DNA of 64,000 nucleotides, taken from contig CM052817.1 of the NCBI GenBank assembly GCA_028534125.1, forward strand, positions 27,220,001 to 27,284,000. The letters run 5' to 3'. The notes under the pieces are model-generated. The model saw only the letters and a list, made by a program, of their open reading frames with translations, had not been told where the DNA came from and made no database searches. Source of the stretch: Lama glama (taxonomy: Eukaryota). Position numbers and translations under genes: made by a program. Positions 1 through 12,983 of this stretch are shown here, piece by piece. The stretch's first letter is position 1; each line of letters begins with the position of its first letter.

Positions 1-1574
1 TTGGGTCAGACAGAGTGGCCATCGATACTATTTGTCTTCTGTTTCTTGCGGGAAATCTGTATTTCTTATATGCTCTGCAATCAAAGAGAAAAATCAGAGG
101 AAAATTCTTCTTCGGTCTTCCCTGTGGCTGTCTATGTTAGATCATTACCAGCTCTGTTTCTCAGTGATAAGAACACTCCTCTTGGCCACCAGGTTTCTCA
201 GTCCCTCTGCTGGTCCCTGCTTGAAGAATACGATGTCATTGTTCACTGCTTTTAATAACCTGGGTTTCGCCTGGTACAAATGGATTCTTAAATTGAGAAG
301 AGCGTGTCTGTTTTTCTTCCGAACGTGTAAAAAGATTTCGAACATGAAACAGATTGTAAAGAGTAATTTACTTGTTTTAATACAGAGAGATAATGCCTTC
401 TAATGGCTTCTTGTCTGGAAAGGGTTGTGATGCTGTGAATGGTTCCAGCCCCAACCGTTTCTGCCCTATTTCTCATGCTACACTTTCCACCCTTAACTTC
501 TCAGTACTCTCAGGGACTCTTTCTCCCACCACCCCATCTCTGTTTCTGTTAGCTGCTACCTCTGCTTCCTGCTGCTTTTACACCAGTTATATCGACTTCT
601 AGTTCTTAACCTTGCAGACTGGGTGTCTGTGGGCACTGACTTGGGCAGCCAAATACCAACTCTAAAAACAGTTTCCTGACAAGTACACTGACTCTTTCTC
701 ACTCCACGTCAGAGGCTTTTCTGGGATTCTGCTCACATATGCAGACACTTAAATGTCTAGTCTCATGGCTGTTTCAGAGAACTGGGGTTTCTGGACAGCT
801 GAGAGCTGGATGTCTGAGGTGCTGCTGTTTATAGGAACATTTATATGCATGTGCATAGTTTTGCTCTGAAACCGCGGCTAGCTGTGAAATTTGAGAGAGT
901 GAAAAGATTTCTATAAAATTCCAGGTGAGTCTTAGTTCTTTTCATGGTATGTATATAAGAAGTGTTTTTCTACATTCTTCTGTATAATAGTGAAAGATTT
1001 ATTCTATGTGGATGTTTCATAGCGGACTTTAGTGAAATTTATGAATCATAACCGTATCCTGGCAATTTTACTTTAGAAATATTACGTGCTTAGAGTAGTT
1101 GAGATAACTCAATCTTTTGAAGGTTCTCTCCTTGTTACTGCCTTTCACAACTGAGGAGAGGTTTGAAAAGGGTTGTTCTCTGCGTGTGAAGGGTCTAACG
1201 TATGCTGCAGTTGGTTCCACACAAAATTGTCATTTCCTACCAGGGACTGCCCCTTTTAGTCTTAGGGTTGGCACGGAAACATTATTGCTTAAAAGCGCCA
1301 CCCTATTCCTGAGTGCAGTTTGACCAGTCTTTGTAAACAGACTTCTTCAGCCTTGTTGAAATTAGGAAAGATCGCAGCCCTCACATAACAGTTCACAGTT
1401 ATTAAGCAATTGTTGTTGGCTTCCCTTTCATCTAAAATAATCATTACACGTAAGATACTAGGTTAAAAAATGCATTAATTTATACCCTTGGTACATCAAA
1501 GCACACCTGCTCGATGTTTTCTGTGAAATTCCAGTTAACACGCAGCTCCTCTGCAGATGAAGACGTGGGGTGGT

Positions 1575-1658
1575 AGTGTCCACGCCCAGTGCCTTGCATA
1601 ATTCCTGGGCACAGAAAGAGGCGTCCACCTCACACGTGGTGAATCAGTGAATGAATGA
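1575..1658 (+). mobile_element. L2 3' end fragment
   Basis: cccagtgcct...cctgggcacag...gtgaatgaatga resembles the L2 terminus. Confidence 0.55.
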
Positions 1659-2204
1659 TCATTGGTATCTCCTGATTCCATCTGATGATCAGAGAAATTG
1701 GTCAGACCGAAGTTATTTTACATCTGAGCACTTCTTGGATAGTTTAGAGAGAGAGAGGTTTTGAAACTGATGGCTTGAGAGCATATGAATTTTTGGAGAA
1801 TTCCCATTGCTCCCCCTGCTCCCTTCCTCTTCCCACCATGAACCGTCTAGGGTCTTCCTGGAGGCACTATTCATGTCTTCCGACTCAAAGGAAGGCCATG
1901 TCGCGTGTTTTAAGTACCACATGAAGTTTGTCCTCAGAGTAAAGCTTCCTTTGCCAAGCTCACAAATGATGGATTTTGTTTTCTTTCTGCCTGAGGGTCA
2001 AGAGAGTGGGCAGTTTTGTATTTATCGGTCCGCATGGCCATTTCCTGCCTCCTCCCCTGCTGCCCTCTCCATGTCTTATGCAAGAAATCAGTGGGTCTGG
2101 TTGCAGTGACCTCCATGGGGTCAGACACAATTCTGGAAGCCTTTGTGTGCTCATTTCCTTAAATAAGTGGAAGGTAAAATGTTTGAAAGCAGGGCAGCTG
2201 TGGG

Positions 2205-2704
2205 NNNNNNNNNNNNNNNNNNNNNNNNNNNNNNNNNNNNNNNNNNNNNNNNNNNNNNNNNNNNNNNNNNNNNNNNNNNNNNNNNNNNNNNNNNNNNNNN
2301 NNNNNNNNNNNNNNNNNNNNNNNNNNNNNNNNNNNNNNNNNNNNNNNNNNNNNNNNNNNNNNNNNNNNNNNNNNNNNNNNNNNNNNNNNNNNNNNNNNNN
2401 NNNNNNNNNNNNNNNNNNNNNNNNNNNNNNNNNNNNNNNNNNNNNNNNNNNNNNNNNNNNNNNNNNNNNNNNNNNNNNNNNNNNNNNNNNNNNNNNNNNN
2501 NNNNNNNNNNNNNNNNNNNNNNNNNNNNNNNNNNNNNNNNNNNNNNNNNNNNNNNNNNNNNNNNNNNNNNNNNNNNNNNNNNNNNNNNNNNNNNNNNNNN
2601 NNNNNNNNNNNNNNNNNNNNNNNNNNNNNNNNNNNNNNNNNNNNNNNNNNNNNNNNNNNNNNNNNNNNNNNNNNNNNNNNNNNNNNNNNNNNNNNNNNNN
2701 NNNN
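2205..2704. other. Assembly gap (500 N)
   Basis: Run of exactly 500 N. Confidence 1.
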
Positions 2705-3704
2705 AGAGATCTGTGGACTGAGCTTCCACTTTTAGTGATATGCTAGGAGCAGGAGCTGGACTGTGGCTTCAGGTAGGATTAAGGAAAGATGATAGTGTTC
2801 ACACTGGTACCTAAGCCATTTCCTGAGCAGGAATGAGAAAAGAGTATCCTTGGGGGCAAGACTTAGACTGGGAGGCATGGAGTTGAACTGCTTCAGGAAG
2901 ATAGCTGTTCACTGCTGCCTTAAGACTTTCATGTGTACTTCCCTTCCCCTCTCAAACATTTGGTTCCATTTCCTATTTTTTGACCCTTTCCCTTTTCAAG
3001 TTGCATGTGAAAGGGTCTCGTTATTTGAAATCTCTCTACTCGGAAAGGAAGAAAGTGGTGTGCTTTAAGATGCTAGCAGCAACTTAAAGAGCAGGTGCAA
3101 ATACTCCAGATGAGTTTCAGGCAAAGGGAGAATACTTAAGGGGCTGTACTGAATTCTTTCTGTCTAACTTGAGAGCATATTTTTGATATTATAGTCCATC
3201 TGCACACCATTTTCTGGTTTTTTTTTTTTTTGAGAGTGTTTTATTCTCATATTCCCTTGGGCTTTTAAAATATTCCCATTTTACAAAGCAGCATTTGTTT
3301 CTGTTTGTTTGTTTTGTTTTTGTTTGCTTTTAGCGTTCTGACCCTGGGTTATTTGAATATAAATTTACTGTGTTTAGCCTCCAAGCCAGGGATACTCATT
3401 TCTGAGGAATAAACATGTTATTCTGGCTTAAGATATGCAAACAGACTGTTCCCTACAGATTTTAGTATCTTTGAGAGGTGATGCTGAGGACAGTGGCCTT
3501 TGGAAGCATGGTTCAAACAGATATTCACCTTGGTTGTATTAATGTTTGTAGCAGGCTATGGTAAGCACAGTATTCTCAGATTTGAACCTAGAAAGAATTA
3601 TGAAAAAAGGACAATGGGTTCAACAGGAATGGTCATTCCACCTGTAGTCTTCAAGTTTTCCTTTCTTTACTTTTCTTCATTGAAGTTTCATCCAAAATAT
3701 TTTT

Positions 3705-4110
3705 TAATCAATCTGGTTGTGCTAGGTTATGCTGCAGTAACAAACAACATTCAAATCTCAGTTGCTTAAAACAATGAAGTTTTCGTTATTGTTAGTGTTA
3801 CATGTCCATTGAAGGCTGGCTTCAGGTTGCTCGTGGGCCTCACTTGTGGGTGTAGATTGATGGAGTCTTCTCCACCTGGAATGCTGCTGGTTCCCATGGT
3901 GAAAGGAAGGCAACATGGTGACTCATGTACCACATCTTGTGGGATTTGGCCTAGAAAATAATATTATTTCTACTCATATTTTATTGGCCAGTAAATGAAA
4001 GGCAAGTCAAGTCAAATGGCCACACCTAACTTCAAGTGGGCAGAAAAGCGTAATCTTATCGTGTTTCTGGAGGGAGGAGACTCAGAAATATTTGGTAAAC
4101 AGCACGAAAT
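3705..4110 (-). mobile_element. MaLR LTR (old MLT1, J/K/L-like)
   Basis: gctaggttatgctgcagtaacaaacaac...aaatctcagttgcttaaaacaa and ttattggcca...atggccacacctaacttcaag. Confidence 0.8.
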
Positions 4111-4959
4111 GGCTGACTTTACATAAGCCAGATACTGTAATAGATGCTGCAGACACAAAAACGAAGGGAGTGTGTCCTTGTCCTAGAGAAAGTAAATTTC
4201 TGGGAAGCAGTTTTATATAGGAATTTCAAAATATAATGATGAAGCAAAGATGGTTTAAAAACCATCTCTGTACTAAAAGAGATTATGTCTATCTCCTTTC
4301 TCACTCCTTTCCCCCAGTTTTTATAATTATTTTCTAGAAGCTGCAAGTAGCTACGAAATAATCTTCAGAACTTAAATCTGGTTAAGAAAAATTTGCTTTA
4401 CTTAATTTTATATAATGTTTAGGTCCTCCTTTGAATCATTATGAAACACACAGTTTTTGTGTTTTTGCCACGCTTTAGCAGTCTAAAAATTGAATGTGCC
4501 TAAGGAGAATAACTTCTTTATTACATGCTGGCTGAAAACTCAGACAAAATTCCATTGAAAGCCAGTTGGTTTTCTATTTTTTTTCCCTGTGTGTCCTTCA
4601 GCGCTGAAATTGGAAATAAACCAGCATTATGGCTTTATAACAGAAAGTGTAGCAATCCTGCACAATACACAGGCAAATTTGCCATTTAAAATATCAGACA
4701 TCTGTCTGAAGTTGGTGCTGGCCTTCTAAACTGCAACTGAATGTCCAGATTGTTATTTCTTCATCCTCCTCTGGGGCCTTTTCAATGCTGGGTTCACAGC
4801 CCCGTGCTTCTTGTCTGCTTCCTAGTGGGTTATGGGTTGTTTCCTAGAGTCTAGACGTGAAATGAAAAACGATTGTGTAATCCATTTCCTGTTTGTCTCT
4901 GCGAAATTCAAAGGAAGGTCTCCAGACTTTGAGATATACCACCTCCTCCTCCTGGGTAG

Positions 4960-5185
4960 AAAGAGCAGACGTGTGGGCTCTGCAGACTCAAGTGGAGATC
5001 TTGGCCGGCCTCTTGCTACCTGGACAACCTTGGGCAAGTGGCTGAGTCACTTTCAGGCTCAGTTTCCTTCTCAGTAAAATGAGGAACATAAGAACTGGTT
5101 CAAAGTGTTGTTGTGAGAGTTCGGTATATGGTTTACATAAAATGCCAGCGGTGTCTGACATGTAATAAGCACCCAATAAATATTC
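4960..5185 (+). mobile_element. MIR SINE
   Basis: ccttgggcaagtg...ctcagtttccttctcagtaaaatgagg core, ending in taagcacccaataaatatt. Confidence 0.85.
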
Positions 5186-5604
5186 CCTGTTGGCACAGGG
5201 CTTACCGGTTTTCAAAGGATTTCATCAGATATTATCTCACAGGAATAAATCGAGGAGGAAAAGGCATATAGCTGAATTGGATTTCCATTAACTTGCCAAA
5301 ATAAAAAAAAGAGTTTGAATTCTCTTGGAGTCACAGTTACACTTGGCTTTGCAAAGCTCTTATTTAATTGTGACATGTGTCTGTTTTATCCTCTGTTCAT
5401 GTTTCTCCTCACTCGTCATCTTGTTGGATTCCATATACAATGAGTCCTTCTAACTACTTTTCTTAACTTTTACAAATCTTTTCTCATGCTCTTTTGAGTT
5501 TTGAGTGATTACTTTCATGAGCAGTGTTAGGTTAAGGGCCGAGGGGCTGGGTGCCAATACAATAGGTAAAGAAAACAGAAACTTCAGTAATTTTAATACT
5601 AATG

Positions 5605-5835
5605 GCTAACACTAATTGAATCCGTGCCCAGCTAGTAATTAAAGCTTTCTTTTCTCATATGAAACCACAGTTAATGTTCCCTCAGTAGTAAGGTAGCTTC
5701 TATTTGTGTATTACAGATGAAGACATTCAGGCTGGGATGGTAAGTCACTCACTCTGGGCCACATACTTAGGGTTAACAAGCGCTGTTCCTGGAATTTGAA
5801 TCCAGACCCTTTGATTTCAGAACAGCTTGTTTTTC
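5605..5835 (-). mobile_element. MIR SINE (degraded)
   Basis: ttacagatgaagacattcaggct...ggaatttgaatccagac. Confidence 0.65.
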
Positions 5836-7039
5836 CCTTCCAAGCTCTACTGCACAGACAAATTTGAGTTCAAAATAGGGCAGTTACGTTCCGGGCTGAT
5901 GAATGCTAATGTGAACACTGCTTGAGCAGATTAATCATGGCAACTAAAAATAACAGGTATATTGTTGCCTTTTGGTACAATCTAACCTTGCTTGTCTGGG
6001 TCGCTTTAAAATATGTGTGGTGCTGCCCTGGATACCTGACAGGGACTTTTGAGACCTAGAACCCCATCCTTGGTATAACTCTTCATTTATAGCTTCAGAT
6101 CGTGTGCACGTGTGGCCCCTTGTCTGCATCCACAGTGGAGGGGTTAGGAGTGAGAAGGAGTAAGAGTGCAGACGGAAAGCAGAGAAAGCAAACAGCCCGT
6201 ACTTTCCCATCTGAGTGACTCTGTCATTTCTCTCACCCCTGACAACTTTCTAAGCAGATTGCCCTAGTAAGTCAGTCCAGCGGTCCTCAGTCCTTGTTTG
6301 GAATAGTGTCATTTGGCCATGGCTTGGCTGTCAGTTTTCCATTTAAAAATATTTCCCAAAGTAAATGTTAAGGCCTCGGGGATGGCTATTGATAGGGACT
6401 TTCAATTAAGAGGCTTACTTGGCTGGACACTGTTCTTAAATGATAGTGATCTTTCATGACTTAAAACTTGGTTGCTAAAATGCAGGATGTTTGGGAGCTC
6501 TTAAAAAGATCAAGTTTCTATTACAGTTTTTTTTTAAAGTAGGCAGTAGAGGTTGGCGCATAATTTTCTGATCTAGTTTCACAGTCCTTTTGATCAACCC
6601 CAAATAAGACTGAATGTGACAGCATCTCTCAAAGGGTTAATACCCTGGAATTTCACACTTAACAATTGGCATTATGTCCTCTGCATTCTTGAGGAATTTT
6701 CTCACTGATGTCAAAAGGTTTTGGTTTGTTATGCAAGACAGTGGTCCACTGACTTTGCATATCACATTCTCTTAATCAGACGGAAATCCCTGCATGCTAA
6801 TTGGGGAAGAAAAAGAGTAGTGTAAGTGGTTCTTTGGCTGCAGATGAATTAAATGCATGAGTGCATTTAGTTAAAAAAAAATAAAGCACAACAAAACTCT
6901 TGCAAATGAGTGGATATTCTGTTAAAATGGTCGCTCCCCACATTTTTGTCGCTTTGTGTGTCTTACTACCGTGTCACTGTGATTACATTTTAGGAAACCC
7001 TTTAATATATTTATGTAGCTTATTTTTCTATTTTTCTGA

Positions 7040-7490
7040 CTGTTTGAGTTACCTATTACTGTGTAAGAAACCATCCAAACTTACTGGCTTAAAATAACAG
7101 CAATTTGTTATTTCTCAAGATTCTCTGAGTTGACTAGCTCAGCTGGGCGGTCCTGTTCCAGGTGGTGCTGGCAGGTCATTGTATTCAGCTGGTATTGAGA
7201 GGATGGGCTTGGAGGTCCAAGAAGTCTTCTCTCCCATGTCTGGTACCTCAGTGCTTTCCCATAACATGGTGACCTCCGGGCAGTTGATCTTCCTCAGGTA
7301 GCTGGCTTCTGAGGGACAGAAAGCAGAAGTTGCTAGTCCTCTTAGCGCTAATTCCAGAACATTACTTTAACTGTATTCTGTTGGTCAAAGGAAGCTACAG
7401 AGTCAGTCTAGATTCAAGAGAGGGGAATAGACCCCACCTCTTGAAGGATGGAGAGGTCTGTGCTTAAAGGGAGGGAAGGAATTATTGGTC
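7040..7490 (-). mobile_element. MaLR LTR (MLT1G/H-like)
   Basis: agttacctattactgtgtaagaaaccatccaaacttactggcttaaaataac...attctgttggtcaaag...agattcaagagaggggaatagaccccacctcttga. Confidence 0.8.
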
Positions 7491-7920
7491 AAAACTAGGC
7501 AGGCAGAGGGGATACTGAGGGCAGAGGGCCTTGTCCTGGCTGATGGGCATGCCAAAGGCAGAGGCAGGTTTTGTCCCACTTCCTGTTTGAGGTTTCTGGG
7601 TGGAGACTGCTACGTGGAGTAACCTCATACCAACCTGGAAAGGGTGACCATTAATGTAAGAGGACTTGATGGTGAGGTCGGGTAGAAGGAGGTCTCAGGT
7701 GCACTCACAATCCTCTCTCGGCTCCTAGGTGGTGGCAGAAGGCACCAGAAGTTCTTAATTTCTTCAAGGGAAGACTCAGAAGGTAGTTGAGTTAAAAGAC
7801 AGTGGGCTTATGCCAGGCGCTGGGTAGACCATGAGACGCAGAGCTGTCTCTAGCACCACTGGCGGCTGGCCAGTGGTACCCAAGGCCCTGAGCACCGGCT
7901 GTGGATGTCAGTAGCAGATT

Positions 7921-8488
7921 TGTTGCCAGAAGATCGGCCCCTGTCCCTGAGGAGACAAGAGTCTTAGAGCACAGAAGAAAAGAGACAGCTTTATTGCTCT
8001 GCTGGGCAAAGGGGACTCTCAGTGGGCTGGTGCCTTCAAAACTGTGCACCCATCTTGGGGATGGGGCAGGGTGATTATACAGCCTTAGCTCAAACAATAA
8101 AGCATTGATGACAATCAGCAGAATTATTTTCTTCTCAAAAAGCTCAGAGTGGCATCATGGTGTCTCCAGGTGACCAATTCTATAGAGGCTAGTGGTTGTC
8201 ACTCTTTCCATCTCTTTATCTTATAAGCACCCAAGGCGTGGTCTTTTTGGTAATTCAGGGTATTTTGAAAGGTTACTGTCCCGTGACCTCCCTGGACAAC
8301 GACTCAGAGACCAAGCATGATTATTCCTTTCAATTACTGAATTAAAGCAGAAACAGTGAAATTAATAGCTTTATTTTAACAACGGGCCTGGAGCTGTGAG
8401 TATAAACCGGTCAGTCAGGTTAGTTGACTGTTTATAAGAATAAGCAGTCTGTTAGCCCAAGTGTGGCCATTTTATTAATTCTCCTTCA
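7921..8488 (-). mobile_element. Solo ERV LTR (ERV1-like, relatively young)
   Basis: TG...CA termini, near-identical 4-bp flanks (gatt/gatg), minus-strand TATAAT (8074-8079) upstream of AATAAA (7990-7995). Confidence 0.75.
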
Positions 8489-8830
8489 GATGCCCATGGA
8501 ACATCAAGGGGGAGAGATCTAGCCAATCTCGCTTCCGTGGTCCCCAGGCCAGGTAGCAGCCCAGACTGGCCACTCTGCAGCAGAGAGTAGCCAGGATTCA
8601 GAGGACACTACCCAATTTGTGTTTCCCACCTCCCATGTCACCATAATAATGGAGATACACACCCCTCTTCACATACCTAGCTACTATCTTGGAGGTACGC
8701 AGGAGGAGAGCAAGAAATCTCAGCACCGGATTGTGATGCCTGAAAAGACTGAACTTAATGGAACTGTTTAATTTATTGCATTGGACTAAATATTTGCCAG
8801 ATCGGTTTACAATTAGGTCTCTCCCCTTCC

Positions 8831-9277
8831 AGTAGTCTGAATAATGGTGCTCAAATGTGTTCATGTTCTAATCCTTGGAACCCCTGAATATGTTATCTTA
8901 CATGGCAGAAGAACTTTGTAGGTGTAATTTAATTAAGGATCTTGAGGTGGACAGACTACCCTAGATTATCTGAGTGGCCCTGTGTAATCACAACGGTCCA
9001 CGTAGGAGGAGTGAGATGGGATGCCAGAGCCAGATGTTGGAGTGACAGACTGAGGATACAGGAAAGGGCCACGAGCTAAGGAATGCAGGGAGCCTCTGGA
9101 AGCTGGAAAAGGAGAAAAAAAAAAGCTCTTACAAAGCCTTGAAAAGGAAAGTAGCCCTGCTGGCACCTTGATAGGAGACTTCTGACCTCCAGAACTGTAA
9201 GAGGATACACTGGGGTTGTTTCAAGCCACTGAAATTAATGTGGTAATTTGTTACAGGAGCAATAGGAAATGAAATAA
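8831..9277 (+). mobile_element. MaLR LTR (MLT1D-like)
   Basis: gaataatgg...ctaatccttggaacccctgaatatgttatcttacatggca...ttctgacctccagaactgtaaga...tggtaatttgttacaggagcaataggaaa. Confidence 0.9.
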
Positions 9278-9387
9278 AGTCACTTGGAAACTCTGAAGCT
9301 CCAATTTCATTATTTGTCTGGGTGCAGAACAGAGCTAGAATTAGCTTTATTCTTTTCCACATTCATTCTTCTAGTAAGATATTATTT

Positions 9388-9660
9388 TGGGGGGGTGGGA
9401 AGGGACAGACTGGGATTTCAAATTTGTAGATACTGATAGACATATGCAGAATAGATAAACCAGATTGTACTGTATAGCACAGGGAAATATATATAAGATC
9501 TTGCGGCAGCTTTCAGCAAAAAACATGTGACAATGAATATATGTATGTTCATGTATAACTGAAAAATTGAGCTTTACACTGGAATTTGACACAACATTGT
9601 AAAATGACTATAACTCAGTAAAAAAAATGTAAAAAGGAAGAAACTTATATACCAAAAAAA
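9388..9660 (+). mobile_element. 5'-truncated lineage-specific L1 3' end with A-tail
   Basis: ctgtatagcacagggaaatatat...tgacacaacattgtaaaatgactataactcagtaaaaaaa. TSD-like aagatattattt / agggtattattt. Confidence 0.85.
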
Positions 9661-9671
9661 GGGTATTATTT

Positions 9672-9790
9672 CTGTCTATTTAATAAATAAGAACATTGGA
9701 GAGTAGGGAGTGAAGTTCAGTAACTTTGTCCAGATACTCAATTCTGGTTAATAATTGAACCAGGTTTAGAACTCAGTTCTTTCAGAGCTG
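9672..9790 (-). mobile_element. MIR fragment interrupted by the L1
   Basis: gttcagtaactttgtccagatac...gaaccaggtttagaactcag. Confidence 0.5.
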
Positions 9791-12257
9791 CAGAGAAGCT
9801 CTCTGGGAACATCATGCAAGGGCGTGGTCTGGTACCAAAAGGTAACAGGTAGAAATCTACATCCAGAGCAAGCTTTCAGGATCTCAAAAGTCCTGTATTG
9901 TAGCAACTTACTGATACGATGCTTCCTAGAAATCATATGAAAACAGTTGTCACTGCATGACTAAATGATCCACTCATCCTACTGCTGAAGACTTCGACTC
10001 CTTAAGAAGTGACCAATACACTGTATTTACTCTACTTTGAATGGGGTAGGCAGTCGTCAATTCATTTATAGTTTGTTTAGTAAAATTCAGTTGTTCTAAT
10101 TTCTTTTGATGGGAAAGGTCACAGAGCCACAAGAAAACCTTTTGTTTTTCTAGTAAAAAAATACCTTTTGAGTTCTACATTAGGATTCCAGGGATCCTGG
10201 TTCTGTCGTTGGAGGTGACATCAGTGGGGGAGCTTTGAACCTCTTGTTTCCTCACCTCGCTATGGGTTCCTGGACACTAGGCCTGTTCATTCTTCGCACT
10301 TGTCCATGGGGGTGGCACCACTGGACAGTGGGCACACCTCCAGGGCACTTCTCCTTGAGCTTTTCTGACCTGGGAAAGATGGGCTATTGCCTACGCTGGC
10401 AGACTGGGATCGCAGGCTGTCCAGGGACCTGCTCACCAGCCTGGATCACTCAGAAATAATACCCATATGTTGGGGACCGCTTGTGTTAAGAATAATCTTT
10501 GTGAGCCAGTTAATACTGCGAGAGATTTTTTCCTAACATTGTCATTGTGCTATTTGCAGCACAAGTTCCAGCAAAACAACCTTTCCATTTTATCATCGGA
10601 ATTGTAGAGGCAGCATGTAAAGTAATTAAAATCATGGCGCCAGGGCAATCTGTGTGAGATGCTGTCAGAACTGGAAGTGGAATTCAGACATTCCTAAATT
10701 TCTGTGTGTATGCTTCAGTCACACCCAGGGAACTTTAATATGTTTTTCAGGGCTTTGTTTGCGGAGGATGGGAAACGTGGATTTGGTCAGTGTCCAGGTA
10801 TATATTGGAAATGTGGCGCTGATAGAAAAAAATTCACTGAGGAGATATAAAGTGGAAAATGAGGGTAAAAAGATACGTTTTCTAGCTGGTCTTCTGCACT
10901 GCCAGCTGAAAGGTGAATTCTTTAATCTAAACTGAAATCCATCTCCAGAGTCCCCTAGGTAACGTGTCAAATACTGTCACGGAGCTTGGATCCCTTTAGT
11001 TACGCTCTGTTATTTCTGAACGTGAGCCTGACACGAAAATCTTCTCTTAAGAAGGATTCCCAGAAGGGCTACTGTAGCTGTGCTCATGCTTTAGAATAAA
11101 AGTAAATCCGTTTCTCACTTAAACACACGCACACATATACACACAAAAAGCTTAGTTTGTGTCCATGAAAAATATCTTTGCATGTCTAGACAGTAGTGCT
11201 GATCAGTTGCTTTTCATAAGGAAGGAATACAGAAAAACTATTATTCTCCCCCAGAAACCTTGTAAGGCCCTACGTGACCCAAGTGACCTCTCGCTCAACT
11301 AGTGAAACAGGAGCCAGAAGTGTGTAAGGAGCCTGAGCTTGACGACTGATGTTATGAATCAGTCCCAGCACTGTGGACCTTTCCTGTTTGGAGCCCCTGA
11401 AAGACTGTTGCTGATTGTCCTGTAGACTGAGGGTGAAAACTCTTCAGAACCAGTGTGAGTGGTGTCACTGACAGATTGTTAGATTTCCACTCAGATGGCA
11501 TTATAACTAGTCGAAAGGAAACTCTGTAGTGTAATTAACTTACAGAAAGGAAGGAAGCATTAAAGCACAATTTTACAGGCAAAAATGGCACAGAAGGATC
11601 AAAGGGGAACGTTTATTCGCTATCTGCTTTTCCAGATACTGTGCTCGGGGTGTTGCTGATGGGCTTTGCAATAATGAGAAAAGGATTTTGTTTTTGTTTT
11701 GCATTTACAGAGTGGCCAGAATGGCCTGATGCCTGCTGGGGGGGGAGGTATCGATGTGTTTCTGTCTATTTTCCACCTAAATTAAATTTTTTTCTCCTAT
11801 TCTCCCGGACATCTTTCTCCATGCATGTTTATGACTGTAAGTCATCAAAGGCATCTGGAAAGCTGTTTTTAGGTCTTCAGCTGTTGTTGGATGGAGTTGA
11901 GAAATTTTTGCTTTCACAGCAGCCCAAAGTGAGTTGTCACATATGGTTAAGTCCGAACCCTAAAGCGACTGCAGGGTCCAGTCCTGTGAAGTCCATTATG
12001 CGCGGAATTTGTGGCCAAAATATATTCTACCTGGGGTATGAGAAGATGCTGGGACACTTACTGTATTATCACAGGAGAGCTGTTGCCCAAAGCAGCTATG
12101 GGTTTTTTTCACACAGCTGTGGAACAAACCACATCCGAAGCATGTTCTGTGTGTGATTGACCTTTGTATTGAACACATATTGAAATTGTCACCATTGCAC
12201 ATGGGGAAAGAGAGGCTCATTTAACAGAAACACAGCCTCCTGCATCCTGATCTGCTC

Positions 12258-12375
12258 AGATAAGAGGAGGGAGGTTCAAAGAGGTTAAGTAACTTGCTCG
12301 GGTCACGTGACCAGGGAAGTCGTAGAGCAAGAGGGCTCATTCCTGGGTTTGACTGACGCCAATGCCTGTGCTCCT
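12258..12375 (-). mobile_element. MIR SINE fragment
   Basis: agaggttaagtaacttgctcgggtcac...tgacgccaatgcctgtgctc. Confidence 0.75.
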
Positions 12376-12479
12376 ATTGCAGGATTTCGCCGACTTTGGT
12401 GGTGAAAGACTAAGTTTTCGTTTTCATTTTGTTTGATTTTGTTTTAAATTTCCAATCCATTGTAATATTGTACACATTA

Positions 12480-12983
12480 TACCTTCTATTACACCTTGAA
12501 ATACTGACTGTACCTGATTAGTACACAAGTCGCATCACATGCAACTCACCCAGGCTACGAGTAACACCTAAACCAACTGACATGTTGTTCAGCAAGACGA
12601 GTCCTCTATCATGTGCTTTGGTAGATGTTTCGTGATTAAGGTACTATTTCTGTACATTGTAGTTTACTGCTGCTGGAGGAAGGGAAGAAGTAAGAAGACA
12701 CTTATAAAATATCATTAAATAAACTTTAGTATTAAGTTTGTTATTAATTGATCTCCTATAAGTTAACAATTTTAAGAAAATGTTTGATGCCTAATTATTT
12801 CCTTTATACGCAATTAAACATGGTATTTGTAGTAATTTTATTTTTTAAGGCTATCAATCAGAAAATAGCATCTAATTAGAACAATATTTCTATGGGAAAA
12901 TCACATCTTGCTGAAATATCTTTTGACTTCAACACTTTCCTCAAGAAAAAAACCTATCAGACAGAAGTGTGAAAACTGCCTGT
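12480..12983. mobile_element. Tigger-type (TcMar) DNA transposon fossil
   Basis: atttctatgggaaaat subterminal motif and ...actgcctg-TA end. Left boundary uncertain. Confidence 0.45.

Noticed and set aside
778..930. Possible exon ending in consensus CAG|GTGAGT (donor at 925)
   Set aside because: Weak acceptor and an in-frame TAG in the LIMCH1 phase. A few consensus donors are expected by chance in 64 kb.
1976..2746. Long ORFs of 184-256 aa, and the 227-aa ORF at 38323-39006
   Set aside because: Artefacts of translating through N gaps.
5944..5953. MEF2-like site CTAAAAATAA
   Set aside because: An isolated AT-rich motif. The same 10-mer occurs inside an L1 near 55897, so it is uninformative alone.
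11641..12156. 171-aa ORF, plus similar ORFs at 35635, 50812, 55204 and 58958
   Set aside because: No recognisable protein family or coherent splice structure. Some start at non-ATG codons and some overlap L2 or MIR fossils.
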